Of a DNA stretch of 64,000 nt, positions 37,893 to 49,651 are shown one piece after another (within the stretch, counting starts at the first letter, position 1; each line of letters starts with the position of its first letter). Position numbers and translations under genes: made by a program. Origin of the DNA: Laetmonice hystrix (lineage: Eukaryota); assembly GCA_965235115.1 (NCBI GenBank), contig OZ249440.1, forward strand, positions 20,398,001-20,462,000. The letters are read 5' to 3'. The notes beneath the pieces are model-generated. The model worked only from the letters and a program-made list of their open reading frames with translations, did not search any database and was not told the origin of the DNA.

Positions 37893-39759
37893 GGCTGGGG
37901 AGCAGGACGACGTGGTCCGTGAATGGAACCTGGAATAAGGTAACTTGGCTCCTTGGTACGGCAAGCACAGTTGGTGATAACGGGCACGGAATGGCAACCT
38001 GAACATAGAGTAGCGGGCTAGACTCGGGGGAGGGGAAACGTCGGCCTCCCTAACGCCTTGTGTCGTCGTTAAAAGGTATTGATAGCACTTAGAGTGGGGA
38101 CTATCAATAACAGTATGAAGACAATTATCGAAGTAATTATGATTATGTGACAATGACAGGAAGGTTTTTATCATGGTAGGTGATAGGCCTAAGGTAAATG
38201 TGAACAATAATGCCAGAGGGTGGCGTATTGGAACGGCTTGCGGCAACCCTCATTGAATTATTGGTCCTTATCTTCATAACATTCTAGCTTTTCTCCTTAA
38301 TATATGAAGTGGCCTTGCTACTTAAGAAATGTTTGGAGTGTCCGTTTTCTTTCATTTCAAGTATACCCCCATGACAGATGTTTTCTGAGTGCTTTATCAA
38401 AGGAAGGATATCTGGGGGACTTCATAATATCAGTTATGTTATTAGAGCACTTTTATTGGAGCGCTTTTATCATATCTCAAGTTAGCACCGGTATAATGTC
38501 TTACTCTAGAACATTGACTTGACTGTAACATTTACGTGTCTTAATCTGCACTCGTGTAATTCTATCTGTAAAAACTAGAAGATGAGAAGAAAACCATAGG
38601 TTTGGCAAGGAAGGAACACTTTGAAGTCGAAGGTCGCCATTTGATCCTCAGTCAAGAGGTTCACATTTTACTTAAAGAGGATTTGCAGATTTTTTGACTT
38701 AGCTCTCGTGATTGAACGATGTGTTCGAGCAGCAAGGAACTATCACTTAAGAACACATCCCTTTGAATTTGATTACAGAACAAACAATTAATCAAAAGAT
38801 GATAACTCTATTACTTGATGCAGAAGGTACCCGACAGCCGGATCACGTTATCTTGTTTCGTTTTTTTTCTCACTGAATGGGGATTGATGCTGTGGATTTT
38901 TAGCGGGACATGAATGACTTGGTATCATGATAGTGTATAGGACGGTACCGTCAGATCCGACTGTTGCTGGTCCACCTGCCCAATACCAGACGGAGCCTGG
39001 GGGCACGGGACGGCTCACTGGTATCGAGTAACCTAACCTTCATATCCCCAGGACTTAGTTATGAGACCTTCCCTATCTCATGGACGTGACTTGTCGTGCC
39101 ACTATACCACTACACCCCGACAAAACGTAAACACTTGGCCACCTATTAGATAATCCACGCATCTCATAGCCGAACTCTTGCTATCACTTCCCGCCCTGGA
39201 AACTTCGCGGGCTCTGCAGATCTGCAGACGGATACATCTACAGTAGGTAACCCCAGTTGAGGGTGAGAGATTTAAACACCGTTACAAGGACTGTTTGATG
39301 AAGTCATGTTTGAGAGCCGAGGAATATCTACAGCTACAATGATGATGCCATAATGTCGAGTCAATTAGAAACACAAAGAGACAAAGCTCAGCGACTGTTC
39401 AGTGTTAGCTGACGGCGGTGAAGGTACAACACATTCACCCTAAACTTTGGTTGGGAATACGAGTCAAGCGTGGGGCCACCGCTGTCTTAACTCGGAACGT
39501 TTCGCGCTGCTTGTCAACAGTTCTAATGTCGAGGTCGACCATTTATTGCAGGAAGTCGGAAGATGCCGACTGTCTGGTTTCTGTTTCCATTCGTTCAGAT
39601 TGTAGCAAGTGGTACTCCTGAATCTGTGACATTAGCAGATATCAAGATGTAAAGTAGCGACACCAATGACACCCGTGTTGTGTCAAAACTTCGCAGGAGA
39701 GATTCCCTGCGTTGTCGCCGAATGCCTACAATACCTCCCAATGACATGGACAATATTTA

Positions 39760-40010
39760 CACACTATTTTTTGAGAACTTTTCTTGATGTAATCTTTTTT
39801 TTAAATAAGAACAACCAAGAGGAGACATCGCATATGACTTTCTCAATCGACACCAAATATGTAAACACCTCAGCAAGAGCCTGGACCTGATCACTATGTA
39901 ACAATACCCTTCCCTAAACCATGTAGATGACAGCATCATCGTTCATATCCTCACCGTACACTTGTCTGTTGTCAAATACGGTGGTGAAAGCAGGTAGCTC
40001 TCGATATTTC
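39760..40010 (-). mobile_element. LINE (L2/Crack-like) RT relic
   Basis: Minus frame ELPAFTTVFDNRQVYGEDMNDDAVIY...LVSIEKVICDVSSWLFLFKKKI contains DDAVIY (39923-39940, cf. YADDTVIY) followed by V..WL..N.L. Confidence 0.45.
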
Positions 40011-40720
40011 AACATTCTCTCCGGATAGAGTGGATGAGGTTGACAATCATTTAGGGGAAAGATTAATTTATACATTTAGTCTTGCTGGATATTTGAAATT
40101 TCAACAGTAGACTATTCCGAGTGGTAATACGTGGTGTATAGGCTTATTGCATCAATCCTATGATATGGCAAGCGGATCTCATTTTACAATTCGAAAGTAA
40201 TATAATACAAAAACATTCATCCTCAATGTTGATGAGTACCCTGGTTGATTAAAACAAGCAATCTACTAATTCTCTCTCTCCTCGCCAAACATCTCCTATT
40301 ATAAGGGCCATTTTGTCGGACCTGAATTGTCGCAAAGAGCGGAGGATGTCTGACCTGTTACAGAGGTCCTAACAACTTCCCATCGGTCATTACGGCCTCG
40401 CCCTCAAACATCCACGTATATAGACTGACTGGTTTGTAAAGTCTGAGAAACCATTTCAAGATGTAAGTGTTGAACATGACACCCATGGAAATGACAGGTT
40501 TGGATTGCGCAGAAAATAAGAGCCGTCCGTCAATGTTTATATTTATCCAGGGGTATCGGAGCGGGGTGGGGGGTGATAACCCCTGGGGGGTATGTGAGAG
40601 TTGGAGGGCACCAGGGCCTGACATTAATCTTCCTTGGAGGGGCGGGAGAAGAGGACGGTCCCCCAACGACGCGTTAACAGATCGGTATACGTTCACAGAT
40701 ATCGCACAGTGGTATACTCT

Positions 40721-40790
40721 CTCTGATAGAGTATCACAGTCACTCTGATAGAGTATCACAGTCACTCTGATAGAGTATATCACAGTCACT
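40721..40790. repeat. 22-bp tandem repeat, 3 copies
   Basis: CTCTGATAGAGTATCACAGTCA x3; the third copy has a 2-bp insertion. Confidence 0.92.
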
Positions 40791-40829
40791 TCTCACAGCG
40801 GGCATCGTCTTAAGTTTATCACTTTTTCC

Positions 40830-41700
40830 GGATAGTTTTCTATCGTATCAATTCCTCAGTTTTTGTGATCTTATTGCAAACATAGAAGGGTCTTTCTTTC
40901 TCTGAGTATCACTTTAAGTATATTATTGCACGCAGTCTGCTGTATAATATCTACTTTGCACGAAAGCTTTGCCTGCATATACAAAAAAAGGAGACATTTG
41001 CATGTTGGTAGTTTTTACGTGAAATAATGTAATTTTACAGCTATATGTTTCGTATAGAAGGGAGACTTATGATGACGTTGTTCAAATGCCGACGGCCTTG
41101 ATATGCTGGCGACCGCTACATGCTGAGCTCTGTTACCTGGTCTTACTATCATCGCTCTGGGACAATCTCCTGGAAGTGTTCCCACAAGTATCATATCTAA
41201 ACAATGTGCCAATGAATAATTCACGGGCCTCGGGTTATAGGTAATTTCTGCTCCTGAGTCGGAGACAGATAATAACATATTCTCATTTTCTGTCACAACA
41301 ACACGGGAATTAGGGTATTTCGTATTCATGTGCTGATCCAGGAGTTGATCAAACTAGATGATCCATGAATATTCTCCTCATACCTAGAAGCTAGTACGTA
41401 CGAAAAGTTTGTTAAAGGCTTGCCGGCCGTGATTAATATAGATATAGAAGCGTTATGTGTGCACGATACAGGCGTTGTGAACGACCTGCTGAACCGTTAC
41501 GTTCCCACTCTATAAGCGTCAATCGAAGCGCTCAGATGCTCTCTGTCTTGTTAATGCTGCCTCATGGCGCCATTTGTAGCGTCAGGCCGTTACCCATTCA
41601 AAGGTGACAATACTGACAGCACTTAGGCAAATTCCATATTTATATGTAATTGGATGGCAATTTCCTGATCTGGAACCGTGGGGGTTGTCCTCATTTTTAG
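40830..41700 (-). pseudogene. Decayed NLR NACHT exon (copy 1 of a tandem pair)
   Basis: One minus frame reads GEYSWII*FDQLLDQH...VTENENMLLSVSDSGAEITY...LDMILVGTLPGDCPRAMIVRPG...SPFY...*KLPT. This parallels DAIFDQLL..ENQxKVLxILDGxDE..DLLxGKLLPGCxVLVTSRP..PL..LP.T of invertebrate NACHT domains. Confidence 0.55.
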
Positions 41701-41789
41701 CTGAAGCCTCGACCACTCTTCCCTGATATAGTGCATTATCACTGATAATGACACGGGGCAAGTTTTAGATCCTTTTGTTATCTTCTCAT

Positions 41790-42842
41790 ATTGCCTAAAT
41801 TAACAGGATTGCTTATGCGGGATTTCCTGATGAGGCACTCAGGTAGACCCAACTCTGAAACACAGCAAGTCTGTATAATGTCAGTATATACGTACCTTAT
41901 TCATGCGTGCTGTTAGGTTATTATAATTACAATATCAAACTCGGATGAGATCTGTGTTTATTGAGTGCTCCTTTTCTAATCTCTATTTAAGCCCTCATAA
42001 TTAAAGACCATTCCTGTTAATCCACACCTCTCTCATTCATAAATACGAGTGATATTTCATCACGTGGATCGTTTCACGACAGAAAAAACCTTGGCCTATC
42101 TTACTATTCATTTTAGAACTCCTAGGAAGTACTCTTGAAATCATATAGAGATTGAGTTGCCCCCAAGACCACGCATCCTTTGCAGTCACTCTATAAGTAC
42201 TATATTACCAATAGAACCCCCGAGATGAAGCGAGCTCTCCTACATCATTGACTACAAAGGCCGAGGACAAATAAACAGTCATGAAAAGGACAAATAAACA
42301 GTCATGAAAACCGTCCCTACGGACATGCTCCATTCTATCCGACCATCGAGTGCATTATCAGTATTATTTCAGATATTGATTGTTTTCTAAAGAGACGAGA
42401 AAATGTAATTACCCCCCGATAAATGCGTGTTGTATCTAATGTATATATTCTAGTGAAGCCCAATAACTCTGTGGATACCATTGACTGGTAAGTTGGAGTT
42501 GCTATTCGCAGGCCAACGTCCGTTTGTAAGGCAGGTCTTTCCTTCCTCTCCACTATATGAGACTGACCAGCACGCGATACGGCAGGAATATGTCTGTCCA
42601 CAGACCTCGAGTAATGGCTTCCAAGTCAAGAGACCTGTCGCCAACGGGTGCCTCCATGGCACAGAAAATAAGATTAGCGCTTGACCTACTAGAATGAGCA
42701 TTGATACCAAGGTTACAGTGCATGCGAGGAAGGAATGGCTACTGGCCAACATGAAGCGCTGCGGGTTTCCGTTGTGGTGTAGTTATAGGATAGTCAGGGT
42801 GCTTCATAATCTGTCACTTGATACATTTCTCTTGTATTTCAT
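41790..42842 (-). pseudogene. Decayed NLR NACHT exon (copy 2) starting at an intact splice acceptor
   Basis: Acceptor TTCTATTTTCTCCTACAG|AT at 42843/42842. Translation DEIQEKCIK*...GQ*PFLPRMHCNLGI...TDIFLPYRVLVS, then a frameshift to SGEEGKTCLT (Walker A-like GxxGKT), SISEII, LFVLGL (Walker B-like, disrupted by a 23-bp duplication at 42265/42288), KGCVVLGAT, QGFFCRETIHVMKY and ISNPVNL. Confidence 0.55.
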
Positions 42843-42984
42843 CTGTAGGAGAAAATAGAAGATGTTTTATACACGAACTTATTATTCTTCGCTACGGTAC
42901 TTATCGACAAGACATTACTGATAGGGATAGACTCATAATGTATGTTACATTGTTAGAAATATTCTGATGTACTTCAGCACTTAC
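42843..42984 (-). other. Probable 142-bp GT-AG intron of the decayed NLR gene
   Basis: The minus strand has donor G|GTAAGT at 42984 and a polypyrimidine tract plus CAG acceptor at 42843, directly upstream of the NACHT-like frame. Confidence 0.55.
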
Positions 42985-43719
42985 CGATCTCGCACTTCTT
43001 CTCTTGTAGTCAACCAGAATGGTATCGACACAAATCCTCTCCTGAACTCCATCGATTTCATCTGGTCTAAACAAACAGTGGCAGCCGGGGACACAGCCGT
43101 TCTACATTGTAGCTTCGACGCCATATTCTCACAGTTACGTAATGGCAATGTAAGTATATCTATAGTTTGTTAGTACCTGACGATTTTATGATTATTTCAT
43201 GATTATTTTGAAATTTCCTCAAAAAAAAGCAAATCCATCGGTTCTTCACCCGAAATGAGAGATACTCGCTGATTGCTTTAAGCAACATCCTATGTTTTAA
43301 AAACCCCGGATTCTTGGCCTGTGGTAGATTTAATGTGCTCGGTGTCATCAAACAGGCACAGCGTAGGACTTACCAACGTCTGTATAGTCATACTGATATG
43401 ATCCCAAATATTTTTTTCAGAGATTTTATTTTTATTCATAGTCAGTTATCACGATTGCTACCGTATCTTTATGGGGAGGTGAACAGGTAACGACTGCTCG
43501 TGTGTTTTTTTCAGAGAACGAGAGTTACGTTCTTAGATGCCAACTTAAAAAATAATTTAGTATGCCCAGGTCAAACACTCATAAGATAAGCTGTTTATGC
43601 TACCAACCTGTAGCGTCTAGCGTCAGAGAGAAGAGATATTAATATCTATTAAGATTATGAACTGCAGTGTCGACAAGCATGGGGGAAAACATAAATTTCC
43701 TGAAGCTGAAGGTTTTGAA

Positions 43720-45790
43720 AGTGAAGGTCGGTTTTCGCCCCGCCTGGTCGGTATGGTTTCTCAGAAAAACCTTTGGCAAAGTGAAACCTCCCTACTCTGA
43801 TTGGAATCTGCTATTTGGTACTCGCCTTCTATTTTAAGATATAACATCATATTGAAGTAACATGATACTCGATATACTCAGCATTTTGGTAATGAATATA
43901 TCAGTGTTTTATTTGTTACCCCCAAGGTCCCCCCCACGGCGAAATCCTCCATTAAACCCTGACTATGTCAAGTCCTTTTGATCTTAGTGGACATTATACT
44001 GGGTCAATTGTAATGGCGAACCGAGACTATTTTTCAGGGATGTAGCATGAATGGCTAAAACTGAACGACTCTGAAGTTATTATTCAGATCACAACTTTAT
44101 TGAATCAGGAAAAAGAGCCACGCAGAGTACCCAGGGATATTAACGTTTATGGTCTAATGCTTATAGGGGCGTATCACGAAATTTCACTCTGTTTTGTCTA
44201 CGGGAGAGAGATTTTTCCCGGAGTTTGCCGAATTGCATTTGCCCGTGCCTGCACGCGATCCGATGTAAGGCCAGCGTACGGCAGGCCCACAAGTACGTTA
44301 GAAGTCTGTGATGTCCTACACGGGTCCGTTGTGGAGGAAGAACTCTGGTGGAGAAGAACTTTTCAGCGGTCACGTCTGATGTCTGCTGACCATTTCAGTT
44401 CGCTGCGAGTCTGCGATTATATTTGGACCAACTGGTGAGGGGGACTGATATTGGGGACCGTGTCCTGCACAGAATCGAGATAAAATGATCCGGGAGCTGC
44501 CAGCAAACTTCATTTTATTCTTGCAAAGAATTCCGCTGAGATGATTCGGATTATGACAGAGAAAAAATTGAAGCCATGGTCGTAACTTTTGCTGCTCTCT
44601 GTGTAATCTGGCATGCGTGTTATCTCCTCAGACGATCAGCCATAGAACTAATTCATCTTTCCTGGCCGTGAGCAGTTTTCAGCCGGAATCTCCGAGCTCT
44701 GCGTCCGGCTGCAGAAAGATTTATCTGCGGTAAAAGCTGAGGTCGAATGGGTGGCAATAGGTTCTGATCCCACCGACGGCCTGTGGCGATCACCATTGGG
44801 GCAAACAGTCCTTCTGCCAGTCTAATAGCAGTCCTGCTGGTACCCGGCCTTCGACCGCTTCTATGGGCGGGCTAACAGTACTGATCATATTACCTTACCA
44901 CCCTCCTGGCTATAATTGGTAATAATAACAACATAATATATCAGGGCTGACTTGGATTGGGCAGAGATTAAACCTGGAGTACGATGGTAGGATCCAATGA
45001 AGGCTCGGTGCCTTGTTGATGGCGGGTAGCGGTGGCCACCGGTCGGCATATTGCCCGCGGAGAATTTCTATAGGTCATGGCAATCGGACGAACGTCTTCT
45101 CTGGGACTCGACCGACGCGTCGCTACATGCGAGCGTTATTATTCAATTTAGGCGTCGATTGGTGAATAGGAAACCGGCGCCAATTTATTGGAGGGATCAT
45201 AAGTGTATGCGGCGTCACCAAGTAATGGGTTCGCCTGCTGGGATTTCTTTTCTTTCAATTCGTCGGAGACGTCCCTTAACTGAGATAAGGCGAATATTGC
45301 GCGGTCTCACTGCGGCTCATTAGTATTGAGTGTTTCACTGTCTTCACCGCCGGCAAGATCTTTTCATGAACAGAAGATGTAGTCTGAAAGACATATAGGG
45401 TGGTGTCATTGACTGGTGGCCCTGGAGGTCAAATACAGAGATAGTGCGAGCGTCCTAGGGTATATATATAGATAACGGAGCGTCCCGTGTCATTTTTACT
45501 GAACACGGCGTAAAGTAAGATGTGCCTTTTTGGTGAACGCCAAGCGGTGGGTAATTGACACTATCCAGAGTCGCCATGTCGGCAGAGGTGACGTATACAC
45601 CTGCCAGACGGAAAGTTGAAGCTATAAACTTGTCACCAGCGATCGGATCTATGCGTCCACAGATATACATCAGAGATAAGGATATAGCTTTATCAACGCA
45701 GACGGAATCATTGACCCGTTTCACAGCTTCCATGCGTGAACCCCTTCAATTTGATCATTTATCCTAACTTAAAGACAGGAAGTGCATAAA
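43720..45790 (+). pseudogene. Decayed NLR gene (NACHT, helical domain, LRR)
   Basis: ORF 44100..44438 reads NQEK...GLMLIGAYHEI (Walker B, cf. LLILDGYDE), GREIFPGVCRIAFAR (cf. GRxLFPxCxVIxTSRP), TLEVCDVLHGSVVEE (cf. LEVxGF) and SLRVCDYIW. Downstream come FIFPGREQFSAG (cf. FxHxTxQEFxAA) and RKVEAINLSPAIGS (LRR-like, ORF 45555..45767). Confidence 0.55.
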
Positions 45791-47130
45791 GTATATGAGA
45801 CATGTTCATGTCAAAATGTCTGGATTTGCCCGGCAGGAAAATGGATGATTTATATAGTAAAATATATGTCCCAATATTCATGTATTAAATAGATAAATCA
45901 CTACTGACATGGGACTTTACCACCTCTGCCCTAACTTTCTGTATCTCTTGTACGGATGATTTACTCATAATATCCACAATTATTTCTCATAATACATTGA
46001 TTTAAAACATATATCGATATCCCTGTATCATTGAAAGTACAATCTATATACGCAAAAAAAAGGGAAACGAGAAAAGAACAGAAATCTGAGAAACGAATTG
46101 GGTACACAAAAAATGAAAACAAAAGAAAGACTCTGGGTGAGCAATGAAGGCGATTTGTTCTGACTGATGCCTTCATTAGTCCTTCCCTTTCCACGAGCAG
46201 CGAGAATTAGATTTCTCCATCTGCCTGTCCACTGGTAATGGGTGCCCTGGGTCCCCTGTACTCGGCGCTGAGGCTGCCACCTTTGAAGTCAAGACAACGG
46301 TTCATGGAACTGTGCTTTACTCGGACCGAGACGCCGGGGTGATCAAATATAATGTTGTAAGAAAACTGTTATAGCAGTGGAACTTTCTAACTCTAACTTG
46401 ACTTCTTTCCTTTCCTTTCCATCTTTCGATTACACTTATTTATATTTAAAAAAAAAACACGAGAAAAAGTTAATGAAATCCATGCAGAAGGCAGTGGACG
46501 TTTCCGACTCGGAACAGACATCAGATTCCAGATATCAGTCGGACGTATATATCAGAGGTAAGGTATAAGATAACAGACAATCACCATCCTTCCCGGTCTC
46601 CTATAGTCTTACATAATACAATACTTGCTATCTTAATGTCTCCACCTCGCCACTTTTTATGGAATTACACGACTACGGCACCTGGTATCTCCCAACTCCC
46701 TTATCTTTTTGTTCGACCTTACATATGTTGAACAGCAACCTAAGATCGACCTCGTTTTGGAGCTTTTACAAATCCATTCTAGCGTATTGAAATCCAATCC
46801 GGGCAGATAATCTGTGATTATAGGAAACTTATTTGTTACTTGTGACTTTTCAATGGAAGCACAGTGAACTCCACCTCACATAACAAAGGTACGGCCGCCG
46901 ATAACACAACGTTATGTTATCGACTTGACAATTACAAATAGTCGAAATCTTATGCCATACAATCTACGTCATATGTATTTTATTCATTTTTTAGGGGTAT
47001 ACAGACTCACACGACCACACATTGAAGTATATTATAGAACGGGTATCTTTCTTCTCAAACAATTGAAAATATCGAGATAAATTCCAGTGGACAAGATAAG
47101 ATAGGTTAGATTATATTCTGTGTCATCGAA

Positions 47131-47690
47131 CAGACGGTTAAAACACGTTATATGATTCGATTGGAATCAGTGCAGCAGTATCAGAGAATTGTGTCACCAA
47201 ACGGACGGTTAAAACACGTTGTATGATTCGATTGGAATCACTGCAGCAGTATCAGAGAATTGTGTCACCAAACGGACGGTTAAAACACGTTATATGATTC
47301 GATTGGAATCAGTGCAGCAGTATCAGAGAATTTTGTCACCAAACGGACGGTTAAAACACGTTATTTAATTCGATTGGAATCAGTGCAGCAGTATCAGAGA
47401 ATTGTGTCACCAAACGGACGGTTAAAACACGTTATATGATTCGATTGGAATCAGTGCAGCAGTATCAGAGAATTGTGTCACCAAACGGACGGTTAAAACA
47501 CGTTATATGATTCGATTGGAATCAGTGCAGCAGTATCAGAGAATTGTGTCACCAAACGGACGGTTAAAACACGTTATGATTCGATTGGAATCAGTGCAGC
47601 AGTATCAGAGAATTGTGTCACCAAACGGACGGTTAAAACACGTTATATGATTCGATTGGAATCAGTGCAGCAGTATCAGAGAATTGTGTC
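47131..47690. repeat. Minisatellite, 71-bp unit, 8 copies
   Basis: TTGGAATC recurs at 47161, 47232, 47303, 47374, 47445, 47516, 47585 (69-bp unit) and 47656. Confidence 0.98.
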
Positions 47691-47987
47691 CGCCACAGGA
47701 AGTATGAACACATCTATATGTTTGCCGTGTGAAAAATTGGGATCTTTGTTCGCGCCAGAACGATCTTCTAGGTTAGTTTCTGTGGGGTGGCGTGCCGGGG
47801 TGGCTTGCCGGTGTCGTACCGGTGCCGTGCCGGGGAGGTGTCGGGTCTGGCACGGCACCATCTCCAGACGAGTCGAGTAGAGATGGTCAGTGGTCGAGGA
47901 ACACGTGTTCCATTTGTTGTAGCACGCGTGTCGACCAACTCCTGCCAGGTCCGGAGTAATGGAGACGTGAATCAAACCCGCCAGAAT

Positions 47988-48140
47988 GACCCGCCACGTG
48001 TCGTGTCCCGTGGAGACCCGCCACGTGTCGTGTCACGTGGAGACCCACCACGTGTCGTGTCACGTGGAGACTCACCACGTGTCGTGTCACGTGGAGACCC
48101 ACCACGTGGAGACACGACACGTGCTGGGTCTCCACGTGAC
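47988..48140. repeat. 27-bp tandem repeat (4-5 copies) ending in an inverted copy
   Basis: Unit GACCCACCACGTGTCGTGTCACGTGGA. The terminal GACACGACACGTG and GGGTCTCCACGTGAC are reverse complements of unit sequence. Confidence 0.93.
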
Positions 48141-48399
48141 CGGGGTTTGACTTCCTTCAGGCTGTGATGACGTTAACAGGCGGCCAATTCGGGGCAATCT
48201 CAAGTCTCGATCATGGTTTTAAAATTTGTGACGCCTACTTTTCATGGCTATACTTGTGATCACAAAGTCACCAGGATTGGTGATGTAAGGTTTTTGTCAT
48301 GTCTTATGTTCCCAGCACGATGTAGTCATTTAGAACATTGATGCAATACTCGCCTGATGTGTCCGAGTAGTTTTATGTATACGGGAAGCAAGACCAAAT

Positions 48400-48830
48400 T
48401 ACCTGTCCGTCCACCAGTGACTGTAAATGATGAAGTCGCCATCTGGGAGGAGGGTATACGACTCCGCAGCCAGAGATCGGTCTCCCTCAATAACCCCCGG
48501 TACACCCCCACTACAAGCCGGTCACACGGTTGGGGAGAACGCCTTCCCAGGGCCCCCCTCCCCACTTCGCATCTCTGGTCAGCAATGTTGATTAGGCAAT
48601 GACACGGCGGCAAGGCCGAGCAGGGACCCCTGGCGAGCGGCAAGCACACTGCTCTGCCCCACCTGTCGGGAGTGGCCTATCGAAGCAGGAGGGAGGTTGT
48701 CGGCTGGGGTATGATTGATTACAAGCCGGTCTCTGGACCCAGCACTACCACCAGCACAGATAGGCCGGCTACCTAGGGGAGGGTCCCCGCTGCAGATGGG
48801 GCGTTTAGGAGCAGCTGGATCAATGGTAAT
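48400..48830 (-). mobile_element. LINE RT relic
   Basis: Minus frames give SCFDRPLPTGG (cf. SFLxDRxQxVxxG), SPGVP overlapping QGSLLG (cf. SGVPQGSxLGP) and LINIAD (cf. xINDL). Confidence 0.45.
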
Positions 48831-48986
48831 GCCATCTGGAAGATCAAAGGTGGCATGACCGAAGACAGCATGAACTCAGGAGCTGGCATTAATCATGCAT
48901 ACGGATCACCTGTTCTGTCCTAAATCAACATGGAAAGTTAGTTTCCATAGTCGGCCTAAGGTGATTTTGTAATATTTGACCCCAAG

Positions 48987-49004
48987 AGAGATAGCAAGAG
49001 AGAT

Positions 49005-49052
<48 letters not shown>
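48987..49052. repeat. (GA)n microsatellite with degenerate left edge
   Basis: GAGAGATAGC duplications followed by about 22 GA units. Confidence 0.95.
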
Positions 49053-49054
<2 letters not shown>

Positions 49055-49279
49055 CATTTCCTCTTTTTATATATCAGATGACGCAACTGGGCGAGGGTTG
49101 TACACGGGGACCATGTGAGATTATGTGTGGCACCATATGCCTCTAATCTATTGAGACGATCCTGCAGAGTGTCAGTCAGCACTGTATGATATAAAACCCC
49201 CTGCTGTCAGGATCAAATCTCAGTGATAAATTCACCCTCTGTGTCATAACACAAAGGATACATGTATGTCCTATGGGAC

Positions 49280-49592
49280 CCCCGGTACCAGGTTAAAACT
49301 CCATATATAACACCAAGGCGAGCACTGCACCCTGGTCGATACACCCGGTACCAGGTTAAAACTCCATATATAACACCGAGACGAGCACTACACCCTGGTC
49401 GATACACCCGGTACCAGGTTAAAACTCCATATATAACACCGAGGCGAGCACTGCACCCTGGTCGATACACCCGGTACCAGGTTAAAACTCCATATATAAC
49501 ACCAAGGCGAGCACTACACCCTGGTCGATACACCCAGTACCAGGTTAAAACTCCATATATAACACCAAGGCGAGCACTACACCCTGGTCGAC
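49280..49592. repeat. Minisatellite, 63-bp unit, 5 copies
   Basis: GGTTAAAACT recurs at 49291, 49354 and onward. The 21-aa periodic ORFs on both strands are read-throughs. Confidence 0.98.
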
Positions 49593-49621
49593 AAAGTCCA
49601 ACCGTCTATGTTGGCTAAGAC

Positions 49622-49651
49622 CAACGAGTATAGAATATTCTATACTCGTTG
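49622..49651. repeat. Perfect 30-bp palindrome
   Basis: CAACGAGTATAGAAT-ATTCTATACTCGTTG is exactly self-complementary. Confidence 0.97.

Noticed and set aside
37463-38246. 174 and 182 aa Pro/Arg-rich ORFs
   Set aside because: They are read-throughs of the 40-bp GC-rich array.
40721-40790. Resemblance of TGATAGAG to the tet operator
   Set aside because: Only a short partial match with no tetO palindrome; it is an ordinary 22-bp triplication.
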